53,762 nt of DNA from Geosiphon pyriformis uo1 (GCA_016748015.1 JAAOMT010000039.1:87904-141665); one strand, 5' to 3'. Shown: positions 26,834-41,603, counted from the first letter of the stretch. Made by a program: numbers and translations. Notes: generated by a model not told the origin, from the sequence alone.

Positions 26834-28337
26834 TTAATTTTCAACAACTTTGAAAACTTCATAGTCCTGAACGGCAAAATACACCTTACTGCCATCAATT
26901 GAATTCATCAAGCTATATTGATAAAAATTCGATTTCGCACAATAAGACGAAGCTTGTTTATGAAAATCTTTTCCATAAAGCGTAAGGTCTTTTCCACAGC
27001 CAAAAGTGGGCCCGAAAACACCACTACACAATCTCCCCAACTTTCCATGCACATCTTGAAACCGGCTTAATTTTATATTTTCCCCATTAATTCGATCTCC
27101 CAGTGAAAAGATAAAAGTTCCACTCCCAGATTCAAGTTGATTACCAGAATGCCATGGGCTAGGTGAATAGCCACCAATGAGTTGTTTGGTATCTTTAACC
27201 TTGATTATGGTCAAGGTCGCACCTTTATTGTCACACAATCGGTGAAAATCTGCCGGGGTAAACCCATCTCGGCTGCCTCGAAGTAACAATTCAAATTCTT
27301 GTGATGCAAGTTTGTCAGTCGATAATTCATCATCACCTTTGATCCACGCTCCAATAAGATCAAAATGTTTTGGTTGTAAAAGATTTGAGGCAAATTTTCT
27401 TTTAGGATGACGTTTCACTTTAGACGATTGCAATTTTTTATGACTTGCTGGGCCAAGATAATGACGTAAAAGATCTTTGTATAGATTTCCGGGTAAGCTC
27501 TCAGCGTATGGTGTCACCTTGGTGTAAAAATCAACTGATGTTATATCATAAAATCGAACGAATTGAAAGCATCGTTGCAAAGACATTTTTAGCGCTTGAA
27601 AATCTTTCATAGTCCATTCCTCGTTGTCCTCCTTAGCATTGATTTTTGCTTTACCCCATTTCAATAAATAATCCCAGATGACAGATTCTTCCATTTCAAG
27701 ATCATCGCGACGAATTAACGAAATCAACAGATCTTCTTCAATTGATGTGAAATTGTCCGATTTGAAAAGAGAATCTGGATTCGATGCGGCAAAGCTTATA
27801 CAAAAGTCTTGAAGCTTCTTGAATGAAGAGTATTTGAAAGTTGTTGGGTAGAATATGGAGAATTTTTGTTTTTGTGATTCCTGAAAATCTTCGATAAGAA
27901 TTTCTTGTAAATGCTCAACGAATTCTTCAAGGACAAGTTCATCAGCTGCAATCAATAACTCTAGCATTAATGATATCTCAATATTTGTCAATGTGATTTC
28001 ACCGCTATATATATACCTGAAAAGCAATTATGGTTCAATAATTTACGAAAGATGTTGAGTAATTTTCACATTTCTTAACTTACTTGAGAATTAAATCGAA
28101 TACCTTTGGTGAGATATTTGGCTTTTTAAAGTGAATCACATTTTCTTCCCGCTTAACCCAATCTGATGATAATGCCAAGGCGAAGTAAGGTGATCTTGCT
28201 ATCAAAATGGCTGAATGAGCTTCAAAGATTTGGGTGTCGGATCCTTCACCAACTTCTATTGATATATCGAAAAATGTCCTGCTTTCCAAGAGCTTTGCCA
28301 AATTGTTAGATAAACTGATTAAGTGTTGAGGAGCCAT
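26834..28337 (-). CDS. BTB/POZ-BACK-TLDc protein, divergent copy 4 (478 aa); exons 28337-28084 and 28016-26834
   Basis: FEAHSAILIARSPYF...KPNISP; ILK/YIYSGEI; LLLRGSRDGF; GPTFG; VQDYEVF. Same intron position as the paralogs. Confidence 0.92.
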
Positions 28338-29256
28338 CGCTTTGCTGAAATAGTGTTTCCCAAATTTTGATCTTCCATTCTGGAAATTAAATATGAAACC
28401 ATTTTATAATGTCTAATCAATTCAAAAACCGGAGGATAAATTCCTTTTGTGACCACTGATAAGAATCGAAATACTAAACAGATAAGCATTCGATCATCAA
28501 GTTGATTTAATAATTTGTAAGACTATATTGATGTAAAAGCTCAAGCAACCCAATTTAAAGGTTAAAATTAAGGAGTAAATTTGTTTCGAAAAAAATCAAG
28601 TCTCTGAATCAAAGAGCAAGAGGTTAAAAATTTCGTATCTAGTCTTATGAAGGCATCTCTTTGCAAATAGAATTTTTTTTCATTTTAACGCTGTCAATTT
28701 AGCTATTGTAAAGTGAAAAATGTGTCGAAAAGATTTGAAACAAAATAAAAATTTACAACCAAGTAAAATAAATATCCTTTGCATAAGATTACCTCTTTCC
28801 TTTTGCGCTCACCGATATTCCGTGAATTTAAATTCTCATTAAAAGTTATGTTCAGGATCTCATCGTGATTTCGGAATAATCATATTTACAAGAATTTTGA
28901 AACACTTCTAAAACCCTCGAAATGATAAGGAATTGTATGACATTAAAAGTTTTTATTAAATCTGTGATCTTTAGGTCGCAAAAATTTGTCAGATGAATAC
29001 AGTAACAATCTGAGAAGTGTGGAACAATCAAAACATTTTAGAGGAAAATATTATAAAAATTTAGCAGTGAACTTGATTTTATCCTTCCTCGAACCGAAAA
29101 TTTTATTAGACCAAACAATAAATTATCGAAACAAATTGTATTTTTAAACGTTGCACATCTATTTTGAATCATTGGATCTATATTTAGTGTCTTGTTGATT
29201 CATTTGGGTTTCGTCCAAAAGAGAAAAGAAAGACATTTGAAAAAATTTAAATATCA

Positions 29257-30939
29257 ATGGAAATTTCAAGAGGGATAAGTATCCTATGGAAAATTGGTAT
29301 AATATTAGGTTCTATCGATTTAGTATGTATATTGGTCATAGTGTACCGTATTATTAAAACGTGGAATCGCAAAGGCAGAAAACCATTATCAATGGCGTTG
29401 AGAGTTCCTTTATATCTTGCAGTTAACGGTAAATCTCTAAACGATAAAGTTGTCTTAATAACAATAAATATATATTAATATTTGTCCATTTCTTTAAAAA
29501 CAAAGATTTAATATCATTAATTGAAATTTCGTTTAATTTGGTAAGAGCATGTTTGTTTGTTTGTCGCGAATGTCTTTTTTTAACTTAGATAGAAATTTTG
29601 CAGTGGTATGGCCAAGAACAAGGTCATCCAATGCCAGAATTATGGTGCCGATGGATAGCTGCGTTTTCTCTTCAAAATATATCGATGAGTGCCACGCTTG
29701 TTTGTACAGTTGCAGTCATGACATATTTTCGAGGTAAAGTTTGTGAATCAGTGATTTAAATATTTTTAGAATAGAATCCTGATCATTGAAATCAATAACA
29801 GTTTGCAGAAGAGTGGTAATAAATTTGGGAAGATACGACTACAAATTCTTTCTTTTCCAATTTTCTATTTCTATTGCATTGTCATCAATTGCTTTCCCAA
29901 GCTTGGGCGCAAGTAAATATTGGTAGGCCAGTTTTTGAAAATTTGAAATTTTCCCCCGAATATGCGAGAACTTTGTTAAATTTTTGTTGTTTCTAGGTGT
30001 ATTTTGGCTTTTAATGGAAACCATGAAATGCAATATGTATGGTTAGCGATAAATTTCTTCGCTATTGGATCAACAATATTTTGCTACGTTCAAACGTTGC
30101 GTGCGGTATACCGAGTCAAAAGAATGCAACTGATCTCACCACGGTTTCCTTCTATAACAACACGTCGACTAACCCAAGTTGAAAAGATTATTACAAGGAA
30201 AATTGTCAGCTATATACTTGTCTGGCTTTTGCAATTTGTGAGTTTCTTTTTGGAAAGATATACATCTAGTTTATCTATCTACCTTTAATCGTTTTTAACG
30301 TTGAAATTTCTTCTAGGTACCTATCATGATATGGGTGATTGGTTCGATAGCGGAAGTGAGTCATAATCTGGGAAGCTGATTTTTTTTAAAAGTTTGGCCT
30401 AATTTTTTTTTCGTTCATTAAACAGTATGATACATTAGGGACGACCATGCTTGTAGTGATTGGTGGACTTTTCGGAGGGTAAGTATTCTAAAGACTTAAT
30501 CTCTACCAATTCTTATATATTATCATTACTATATTAATGAGGACATAATTTCCATTTTTCAAGAATCGGAAATGCAATTCAATTCATTTTGAACGAAGGC
30601 TGGGATGATTCACTACGCCATTCAAGTATTCAAAATAGCAGCAAAACAAAAATTAATCAAAATAGTCGATCACGTAGCAATGCAAGATCTTTAAAAGACA
30701 AAAGATCAATCATAAATACACCCTCATTGAAGAATTTGAATATCCCTAATAACTCCAGGGCACTGAATCATACAAGCTCAATGACAATAGATATTGTCCC
30801 TGAAACATTTGAACCAGTTGTAAAAGAAAATAATAATAGGCAGAATGAACAATTTCAAGATTGGTGGTATGGTGACCCAAGTGAGTATATTGAAGATGAT
30901 GAAGAAAATTTGGAACTTGAATCACTTGGAAAGATTTAA
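29257..30939 (+). CDS. 7-transmembrane GPCR-like protein (Git3/cAMP-receptor-like); exons 29257-29428, 29506-29540, 29604-29733, 29802-29922, 29997-30237, 30317-30355, 30426-30478, 30564-30939
   Basis: The spliced product has successive hydrophobic helices with LRVPLYLA, WC, NLGRYDYK, KYWC, KIVSYILVWLLQF and GGIGNAIQFILNEGW, then a hydrophilic tail; all introns GT-AG and in phase. Confidence 0.8.
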
Positions 30940-31699
30940 AAACTTGAAGGACTTTTTCAAAAACCCTTAATATCAAATTTTTTTGGCTAGATACTGAGAT
31001 TTTAATATTTGAGATCCTCATCCTGAGTCATTTCTTCAGTCTCAGGATAACCCAAAATCGAGGAAATCATCAAGAAATAATTTCAAGATCTCATATTATT
31101 TTGTAAATAGCACAAGAATTTTCAATATCATTAGAGAATATAGTAATAAAATAGAAATTAGTTTGTGTTGCGAAATTTTTACTCCATGTATTCAAAATTC
31201 CTGTTGTCTTGCCAACATGTTTTCTCTTGCTGCACTATGTTCATCATCAAACGGTTGCAAAACCAAAGCTTAGTTTTCGAAAACTTCAATTTATTTTGTG
31301 GCGCTGAATTTTACTCACATGAGTGAATGTGGTCGAGCCTGGATTAAGGATGTTTGTGCAAAGTCCATTAAATTCATACCTATTGAGGAGTTTAAAAATT
31401 TGGCTTGGGAATCTTTGAGTGAAATTACGAGATAAAGTAGCCGTCAAACAACTCATACCTATGGAGATGAAAAAAGGCTGTTTGAAAATTTTAGCCATGA
31501 GGTTTGAGTTAACTTAAACTCAAAGTGTCCGCTGCTTTTTAATTTTGGTTGCGAGCTGGATTAACCTACTTTGTTTTAAACTTCAAGCTTCAAATGCAGC
31601 TACCATTAGGTTGTAATGATCGAATTTTTCGAATTCTAGGTCTGAGTCAAGGTAAAAAAGATTGTAACTTCAAACTTCAAATTCTCAAAAAATAAACAG

Positions 31700-32050
31700 A
31701 CTTGACAACTTTTCACTATCTGTTCGTCATCCTATATTTTAGTGAAGGAAATTTGGGTCAATATTTAAGGAGAAATTTGGAAAAACTTACTGGGCAAAAT
31801 AAATTCAATTTTGCCCTTGGAATCCCTGAGGGTATACGATGTCTTTATTTGGAAAATATCTTACATCACGATCTAGTAAATATTAGCCTCAACTCCCTCA
31901 TAATAGCGTTTTAAAAATAATTATATTTGGAATTTTGCAACAGCATCAAAGAATATAGTAATTCACAATGATTGACACTAAAGAAAGCATACAGTTTCCA
32001 CTTATTGGTATGATTCTATATATGGGGCTTGCTGCAATAAACAAAAAGCT
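31700..32050 (+). pseudogene. Tyrosine-kinase-like protein kinase fragment
   Basis: SEGNLGQYLRRN...FALGIPEGIRCLYLENILHHDL corresponds to subdomains V-VIb (HRD changed to HHD); the flanking parts are disrupted. Confidence 0.65.
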
Positions 32051-33074
32051 GCCTTCGCCCGATGTTGGCTTAATATGTTTTTTTCTTAGCACCCAGAATA
32101 TCATCTCTGTTGCTCCCAAGATTGCTGGGATTGATCAAATAGGGAACATTCGACTTGGATTGCTTTTTTCTCTAATTGTTGATTAATTCAGTTTTTAATT
32201 CTTCAGTTTTATCCTTTTACCTCAGATTTTAGGGGTCGGGAAGTTTGAAGACCAAAAGTTCATTTCCATGGACCTGCACGCTTATTATCCACAATTTGCT
32301 TGCCTTCATCGGGCAATCATCACCATTTTATAACAAGGACAATTATTATAATAAGTAAAGGGAGCTCCTATTTCTTCTTTTCATATTTTTGTGACATCTT
32401 TGTCTAATTCACATCTGATATCAAGCATCCTTGACTTTGATCTTTGTCATCAACTCCTGTAACCTTTTCCCAATCTCCGCTCAAGTAGCTTCATCAATAC
32501 ATTAATTTCATTGGGTAAATGAGCCTTGGGGCATGTTGGCAAAAAATTTAAATTGTTAGGAAATCTAGCAATTGTCTTTGGGTAAAAACTTCGTGAAGTA
32601 ATTGGATTCATAAATAAATGTGAGACCTTGTTTATTAGCTCATTGATAGTATTTTTCAATTTTTGTTTATTCTTGACTAGTTATGCATAACTTTAATTTT
32701 TTGGGATAAATTATATTATTTCTTTTTATATTTTTTGCATTATTTATTTAAAACTTTTTTCATTATATATTTTGAGCTTTATTCAAGCTTATTACACCAT
32801 ATAATTTATGAAATTTATTGGTATTTTCCAATAAAACCTTTGATTAAATCATAATATAATTCCAACGAATAAATTTAATTCAATATATTGTAATAGTATA
32901 GAATAATAGATCAAATAGTTTTTTATTTTTATTTTAATCGTTGGAATTTATTTATATAAATTATTAAACTAATTTGAACTCAACTCAAAAGTATCAAATT
33001 CTCAATATGATTTAACTTATTTAAAATTTTTACATTATTTTTAAAAAAAATAATATTTTAAACAATTAATAGCT

Positions 33075-33111
33075 GGTCACACGTAGCAAACGCGTGGGCT
33101 GATTCTACTAT
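33075..33111 (+). mobile_element. Possible decayed Helitron 3' terminus
   Basis: GC-rich imperfect hairpin GGTCACACGT-AGCAA-ACGCGTGGGC followed 8 nt later by CTAT (cf. CTRR), in very AT-rich DNA. Confidence 0.4.
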
Positions 33112-35041
33112 GTGTCATTCTCCTGCCACGTTCGTAGGTCATATTTAGATCACATTTGTAAGCACTTAATAAGCAATTTAATTTAATTTTATTCAATAAA
33201 TTGCTTTTGAAATTATTATATTAAATATATTTGTCTGTTAATTTATTAACATTTTTTTTCAGAAAATAATTCAAATAATAAAAATATAAAAAAACAAAAA
33301 TACAACACTACTAATTTTTATATTGCTGAATTAGAATATAAATGTTAATGAGAAATATTTTTTTATAATTTTATAATATTATTAAAAAATGTTATAATCA
33401 AAAACAAATAATAATCAACCACAATATTGATAAAATAATAATAAAATCTCTTTTGAATTATGTAAAAATATTTAAATTATCAAAACATCAAATAAAATCA
33501 TTTAACTTTTGATTTTTTAATAATTCAAATAGAAACAAATTAAATTATATATAAATAAAATTAAAAAATATATAGTTTTTAAAAAAAAAAATTTCGAAAA
33601 TTACAAAATTACAAAAATATATATAATTAAATAATAATTTCTAAATTTTAGTAAAAGTTGGAATTATTTTATCTTGTTAACAATAATAATATTATAAATT
33701 AAAATACTGTCGTATTTTTCTATACTATAACTATTAACTAAAAACTTCTACTACCTGTTAAAAATTTTTAAATGAATAATTTGTATTAGTGTTTAAAGCT
33801 TTCTCAAAAATTTTTTAATTACTATTATTAAGCTTTTTAAATTATTATATTTTATTATATTTAAACTTACTTAGTTTGTTGTAGCTTTAAAATCAATTTT
33901 TTTTGCTGCTATTGTACTTTTTCATTAATTTTCAAACAAAATCAAAAACACTTTTGAAATATTTAACAAAATTGTGGTTATTAAATTAAATTTATTGATT
34001 TGTAATAATATGTTATAATCTATTTGAAAATTTGCCTTAGTTAATTAAACTCTTAATGACTAGTTAATTTTTATAAAAAACAGGTTTAAAACCAAATTGG
34101 TCAATTTTTTGGTTATGAAGCTTATTAATTAGCAATATAATTGTTAAAATTTATAATTAACTTCTTTTACTTTCTGCTTACTTAATTTTTATTATTTTCA
34201 AAACTAGTATTTAAAAAAAATAGCTTTAATAAAAATCTCAAATTATTGGCATTATAACAAGTATTAAAATTTAATTACTCGGTTTTTGCTTATAAAGCTG
34301 TTTTTAATAGTCAATTTTGCTGAATTAATATAAAAATAAAAAAAAGACTTGCTTTATAGGAAATACAAAGGTAAAATTTAATGCTAATAATAGCTAAATT
34401 CACCAATTTTATGACACAATTGTCAGCAGAATTATACCTATAATTTTAAACTAATTTTCAATAGATATGTATATCAAACATCGCGGAAAAGTTTCTTTAA
34501 TTCTTATTCTAGATATTTTATTTTATCGAGTTTTTTGGCATTCTTGCTTTACTTTTTAACTTTCTAATTCAATAAATTTAGATTTTTTAAAATGCAATTT
34601 TTTAATATAATTAAAAATAAAAACTTTTCATTTAGAAGCCAATCATTAACTAAATTATATATTAATCTTTAATTGTTTTCAAATTAATCTTTTTTAACTA
34701 AATATATCTAAAAAGCTCATAATCTTTTTGATTTTAAATTTGATCTTTGGTTTTATATTATTAAGTTATTAGAGTAAAACCATCTTGTTTATATCTTATG
34801 AAAGCTAAGAATATGTTTTAAAAATACATGACATGTTTTAAATTGAAATAATCTTAAAAGCGACAAAATATTTTAGCACTCAACTCAATTGAAATTAGGG
34901 GCATTAATTTTTAAATTATACATAAAATAATATTTCAAATTCAATTTTGTGTCTTTATTGTAAAGCCTAAAGCAATAGGCTATAGAAGAATTTTTTCTAA
35001 AATAAGGGACCTATTGATATAAATTTAGAAAATGTAAAAAC

Positions 35042-36500
35042 TCAATTGATTGAATCATATAAACTAAGTCTGATTTGAAAAACTTCATACTCCTCGACAA
35101 AGAAGTCTACTTTTTCAGTTTCTGAATTAGGCATTATCGCGTGCTCATATGATGAATCCTTTCGACAGGAGCATCCAGGGCTATTTTGAAAATCTTCACT
35201 GTTCATTACAATACTATGCTCACCAAATTCGGGTCCACGCATTGGGTCATTATAAGGTCCCTTTTCACTAACAAACTTGCTAAGTTTAGTATTTTCAGCT
35301 TTGCCATCTCCAAGGGAAAATATAAAACTTCCCTTTCCATTTAACCACATTCCACGAGAAGACCAAGATTGTGGGTTATACCCGCCGATCAGTTGACCAG
35401 TTTCTTTCACTTTGATAACACTAACTGTTGCTCCTTTATCATCACATAATCGATGAAAATCGGCTGGGGTAAATCCGTCTCGACTGCCTCGAAGTAACAA
35501 ATCAAAGTTATTTCCAAGTTGGCTTTCAAAAGGAGCATTTTTATCTTTGCCCTGGATCCAGTGGTCAAGCTGCCTCACATTATGCAACTGAAGAAGCTTT
35601 GAACCAGTTGATCGGAATGGCCGAGCCTCAACAGACTTTTCATGACTCCCCGGTACTAGATAATGATGTAAAAGATCTTCATATAAAGTTCCGGGTAAAA
35701 TTCTCGCAAATGGTTTTACTTTGTGATAGAAGTCAACAGAAGATATGTGAAAGAACCGGATTAAAGGTAGAAGCTCCTCAATGGATTCCTTAAAGGCGTT
35801 AAAATTCTCATCTGTCCAGTTAAGAATCTCTTCTACCTTAATATTGTTACCCAATTTAGCAACTCCCCATTCCACAATCTTTTTCCATATTTCTATTTCA
35901 TCCATAATAAAGTCATCGTGGGACAAAATTGAGGAAAGAAAATTCTTACTTAAGGAGGTGAAATCTTGGGATCTGAAGATTATAGCTGGACTTTTAGCTG
36001 CTATTTGTGTGCAGAATTCTTGCAGCTTTTTGAACGAATTATGCATAAATGATATTTCATGCAAAGAGGCAAAGTTTTCCTCTAGCTCTTTGTGATTTTT
36101 AATTAGATAGCTTTCCAGGTGGTTAATTAGGTACTCCGTATTCCTTAAGAGATATTTCACCACTATACAAATATCTAGATAAAACAATAATAAAATGTAT
36201 GAATAAAATATTAGCAAGTATATTTTAAGCAAACTAAACTTACTGAAGTATCACCTCAAACATTTGTGGTGAAATATTAGGCTTAGAGAAGATAATGGTT
36301 TTATTTTCTCTTTTAACCCAATTACTAGAGAGTGCTACAGCAAAATAGAAGGATCTTGCTGCTAAAATCGGCGAATGACCGTGAAAAGTTTTATTATTAA
36401 GACCATCACCAACGATAATCTTAACATCAGAGAATATTTCATTATTCAATAAGCTCGTTAAATCGTGAGATAAAGCGTGGGAGAGTTGTTGAGACGCCAT
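35042..36500 (-). pseudogene. BTB-BACK-TLDc copy 5, frameshifted; exons 36500-36244 and 36174-35042
   Basis: After correct splicing it reads YLYSGEISLKEYGVPN* (TAA at 36125-36123) because of a net 50-nt deletion relative to copy 2. The downstream BACK-TLDc frame is open. A 10-nt deletion removes the normal stop. Confidence 0.85.
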
Positions 36501-39500
36501 GAATATCTAAGAAACAAAATTCTTAGATTTTTATAATTCAGCAGCTTAAAGCTAGTTACGTTGCGCCCACTTGTTTATGTTTACCTTGTGAAAAGATCTG
36601 TGAGTCATTAGTAGTGGAATTTTTGGCGGAATCTTTTATCTGATCTGAACTGAATTAATTATTATAGTAGTTAACTCATTTTCTTGCTGACAGAAAAAAA
36701 ACATAATACGTGACTGGTTATAGAAATTTATTGTAAGGTTGTAGATAAAATGCAATCAAGAATCCGGTTTACCTGAAAAATTAGTAGCTGTGTTATCCAA
36801 TAAAATTTAATCTTTAAATAGCTCTTTTTAGATAATTTTCTAACTTTCTAAAGCTTTAACGTGACCTAAAGATTTTCAATAGACTAATTCAATTGCTTTG
36901 AATTAGGAGAGCTAAATTTCAAAATCCCTTTTATAAGATATAAAAAATCAGATAAAGTAAAATCTCGAGTGAATATTAATTCTTGATATTAAATTTAAGG
37001 AGAGCAATAATATTTATCTCATCACCCTATTTTCAAATTTGTACTTGTATTTTTTTTTGGGTCAACAGATATTCCACAATAAACATTAATTTCAACTTTA
37101 GTTTCTTAAATAAATGACACCAGATCTTTTTTTAGCTTAAACAATATTATTTAAATCCAGTGATTTTGGAAATTTTATGAGTTTATAATAGCTACCCCCT
37201 TTGACTAATAAAACAGATAATAAATCAAAATTCTTGAAAATTCTTGATTTAAGAAAAGTTAAATAATCACACCGAAATAATAGCATAGCAAATGAAGATA
37301 TTTTTCTGTTATCTACCTGTGGAAAAAGGATATGCATATATATAGTCATATTAATGCAATCTTTTAATTTTAAAAGCCCAAGATTGAATTCTTTTCATAC
37401 TGGAAAGAATAGTGATATTTCAATAAAGGTTTTTTTTTAAATTAAAAAGGATAGTAATTATTTAAAATTTAAAATTTCATTGAAAAATATACTTTTAAGT
37501 TTGAAATTTAAATTATCAATATCCTTTAGCTTCTAAAATTAAAATCTTGACTTTTTATAAAATTTTTGCAAATTTTAAATGTCGCCTAATTCAAAGTATG
37601 ATTAAAAATTTATATTATAGACAGAAAATAAGTATAAAAATTTAGTCCATTCTTTATAATAAAAATTTTATTGTTTAATTTATATGTCTCTAAGAATTTA
37701 TGAAAATATTATGTATCTTTTTTTTAAAAAATCAATTTATCCTAATCTAAAAACTAAAGGTAAAAATTGCTATCGGATGAATACTTAAAATTTTTTAGAA
37801 AGATAGAAATAAAAGTTCTTAATGTATAGAAGCTTGCTTGAGTACTCTTTGATTTAGAAAAGGCTAAAGAAACTCAATAAAAAACTAACTACTTATCGTT
37901 ATGAGAAGTTTTAAAATATTAATATTCTTTTCCTAAATATTTTTATTTCTACAAATATATTCTGCTTCTGTAACAATAGAATGTCCACTCTAATTGATTT
38001 AAAGATATAATTACCAGTGATAATGAAATTTGCGACTTGGAATTTGGTACTTGAAAAGTTAAAGGCCGGCAACATTTCAAACATAAATTTAGTTATTCAA
38101 CAGCTGAAAAAATTAAATTATTCATTGAATAATTTTTTAAAAAAAGTATTTAAACAAAAGACATTGAATACATAAGCAATTCAATTAATGTAATTAGTTT
38201 TATAACTACGGTGACTAATTATTTTAGAAAAAATTTAAATTTTTTATAGTAGTTATTTTTGTTTATATTAATTATGTATTAGCTATAAATATTATACACC
38301 TAATTAACTTATTTTTAAAAATTACTCTTTAACTTAATTATTGACTGATTATTTGTTTTTTTATTAAATATATAAGTAAAAGTTTCCAAAGCTGTAAAAA
38401 GTATTGATTTGAAAATTATCTAACTATAAAATCACTTTTCTTTTAAATCAAAGACAACTTTTTTTCTCTTTTTTGAATTATATTGTTAAATTAGCTTAAA
38501 ACTATACCTTGATTTTATAATTTTTTGAATTAAAACGATTTATTGAAAACTTATAAAATTTCAATGTTTTAAAATTAAAAAATACAACTTATATAAATAT
38601 AAATTATTTATTTTTAATATAAAGAATTCTAATATTATTGAAACAAAAAGTTAAAGCAGTTCAAATCTGAACAAAATTTAGAAACTTTGAGAGATTCGAA
38701 AAGAGTAAAAGTTTTTAAACAAAATATAATCTCTGGTTTAAAGTAGTAACTTTTTAATAAGACAAATTTTTATTAATAATTCGATCATTTTCCACTTAGA
38801 TATTTAAAAATTGTAAAATTTTGTTTTTTTTTATCGACTTTAATTGGAATTTAAATTATTTAAAAGAAATTAAATTTGAAAATACTTTTCAAACTATTAG
38901 TAGCATTATATTTTTTAATTTCAATCTCATTTTTGTATTTTTAAAATATAAATTTCTTGATTCAAATTTAACTTTTGAAAGTCGTTAATGTGATATTAAC
39001 TATGATATCGATTAGAATCAATGTATAAAAAATACAAATTTAAAACTATTACCTTTAATAAATAAAAGTCATTAAATATTAAATTTATTTAAAACTATAA
39101 ATAATAATTATCCACAAAAATAAATACCTTTGGATTTTTTACTTTTCTTATAAAAATATAGCTCTAATATTGTTGGAATTATAGTAATTTCTTCTTAAAA
39201 ATTTCCTGAAAAAATCATTCATTAAAAAAAATATTATATGACATACAATTTATTAGAGATTAAATGTTGATGATTAATTCATGGTTATTCACTTTTAACT
39301 TGAATCCTGAAAGCCTCATATAAAAAACTCGTATTTGAATGAATGCTAATGGGAGTGAACCATTTATTTTTTAAAAAAAAATGTGAAGTTATAAAAATTC
39401 TTGGCCTGATAAAGTTCCCTTTCAACTGGAATGATTAAATTAATTGATCTTTAAGTGTCTCAAAAAAATTACTTTTCAGTAAAATCCAAGGTTCAATTTT

Positions 39501-39759
39501 TGATTCAGATTAAAAAGTACAATCAGTGTGGCTTAAAATTAATAGTCATTATGTATTTTAGTTAGCGGCATTCTAATAGAAAATAAAAAAATAAAACTTT
39601 TTACTTTAATGTTTGTTTACTCATTGTTATAATTCTAAAGGAATCAAACAAAATAAATAAATAAATAAATAAATGAATAATCTTTAAATAAATTTCCCAG
39701 CAATTTCCTAATGGGTTCATTATACTGTGCATCCATCACAAATTATTATCAACGATAAT

Positions 39760-40560
39760 CTTTATCTGGTAATAGATAAAAGATATGAAACAAGCGTTGA
39801 AGAAAACTGAATATGGAATAGGATTCCAAGCAATAAAGACTAACTCCTTCAAGTCATCATCTTTTCGTAGCTTTCGGTTTTGATGAAACCAATTTTAATC
39901 TCCCTCCACATATTTTTTTATTGGACTAAAATCTTGCAACTGTGGAGGCCATTCCAAAGTCATAATTCCAAGATTATCTTGGAGTTCTTTCACAAGCTTG
40001 CGTTTGCAGAATATTGTTTCTTTGAGGGTCATAATCATTGGATAAACTATATTCCATATATTTTTCACTAGTTATATGTGAGGGAGCACGAATCAAATTT
40101 TTATGACGTCATACTCAAAATTTCATATGAATTGGTGCTTATAGAGACTTTATCTCTCCAAGAAATATGTCGCCAATTCTCACTAGTCCAGTGCTTGTAA
40201 ATTTTTAGCTCAATTTACCCGTTAAATTCGCTTTACTTTATTAATCATTGATTACTTACACAATATATATTGTTTTTTTTAGAGTTCTAATTAAAGTTCT
40301 AGTGAACATATGAGTCTGAACTTTAGATATTTTGACATCTTTCTTATAGCTCGATTTTTTAATTTTACGGGAAAATTTAGCTTCAAAATGTTCTATCAAT
40401 AATAGAGTTTCGACAATATTATTTTTTTAAAGAGATTACAATTTTTTCTATTTCTAATTCTTTATTACAATTTATAATACAAGTAGTAATCCCGTCCAAT
40501 AATGGGCATAACTCTTGAGGCGGACATATTCTCTTTCTTGAGCATTTTTCACCGTATAAA
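39760..40560 (-). mobile_element. Heavily decayed Tc1/mariner transposase remnant
   Basis: The minus strand gives ...YKHWTSENWRHISWRD (~40200-40155) and GIMTLEWPPQLQDFSPIK..W (~39970-39905), matching the WSDE and WPPQSPDLNPIENLW motifs. Boundaries approximate. Confidence 0.75.
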
Positions 40561-41603
40561 AATCGTTTTATTATGATCTTTTTGACGACATATTTGTGCA
40601 TACATTTCGATTTTTCAAGTAACTCTTTAATTAAACAATAAAAATTAACCAAAGATGAATGTCTTGTTATTAAAAAAAATAACTATGGAGGTTCAGGTTT
40701 AAAGGTTATTCGTATTACTGTAATCTTCAAAATTCTCTACAATCATCACACTTAATAAAAATAAAAATATAGGAATTTGAAGAGAATTGATAGAAAAAAC
40801 CAAAAAATAAAATTATTTTTAAACTATTGTTGTCTATTAACATCTAAAAGATCTAAGGTAAAAATCTTGTCTTTAAATCAAAATTATTTATTCAATGAAT
40901 TTAATTCTATAATGATAACCCATTAACATAATTTAGATCCTTTTAAACCCTTTGGTCATTTATAACTTAAATTTATATATATGCAAATACAACTAAAATT
41001 AAAATAGATACTCTTTATGGCATCTCCCAAAAAAATATTTCTATTGATTCTTAATTTCAAATTAAACTTTACCCCGGAAAAATTTCGTTCCTTTGATTTT
41101 CCACAAAATGGAAGTACTGCTTAAATTTCCCAAGATGGTTCTGATCCAGGATAAATTTTCTTATATAGAAATATATATACTTTAAAATAATTTAGCCGTA
41201 TATTGTCTGCAAAAATATTATGCCGTTTTTTATTTTTTACAAGATCTACTTTCGGCATTTTTAACCTAAACTTTTAATCTTTTAAAAACCTATTGTTTGA
41301 AATTTGATTTAAGAACCTGTTTTAATTTAAGCACAATTCTCGGGCCGTGATTCATCCTCACACCCTATCCAATCATCGTTAAAAGTAAGAATCACCAAAT
41401 TTTCCAAATTTGGCAAATATCATCACCTATTAATTTTGACTTGTAAATAAAGGATTTTACTTGACAGTCGTCAAGACAAGAATTATATATAAGGAAAGGT
41501 ATAAAAGTCTTGAACCAAATATTCCTCCCTTTTAAATTCTAATAATTGTAATAGTTTTATCATTTTTTATTAAATTTAAAAAATAAACTATAGTCCTAAC
41601 ATC

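Noticed and set aside
33111-34440. Possible TIR pair around an AT-rich block
   Set aside because: The match is too degenerate, and the right-hand motif is explained by the paralogous spacer sequence.
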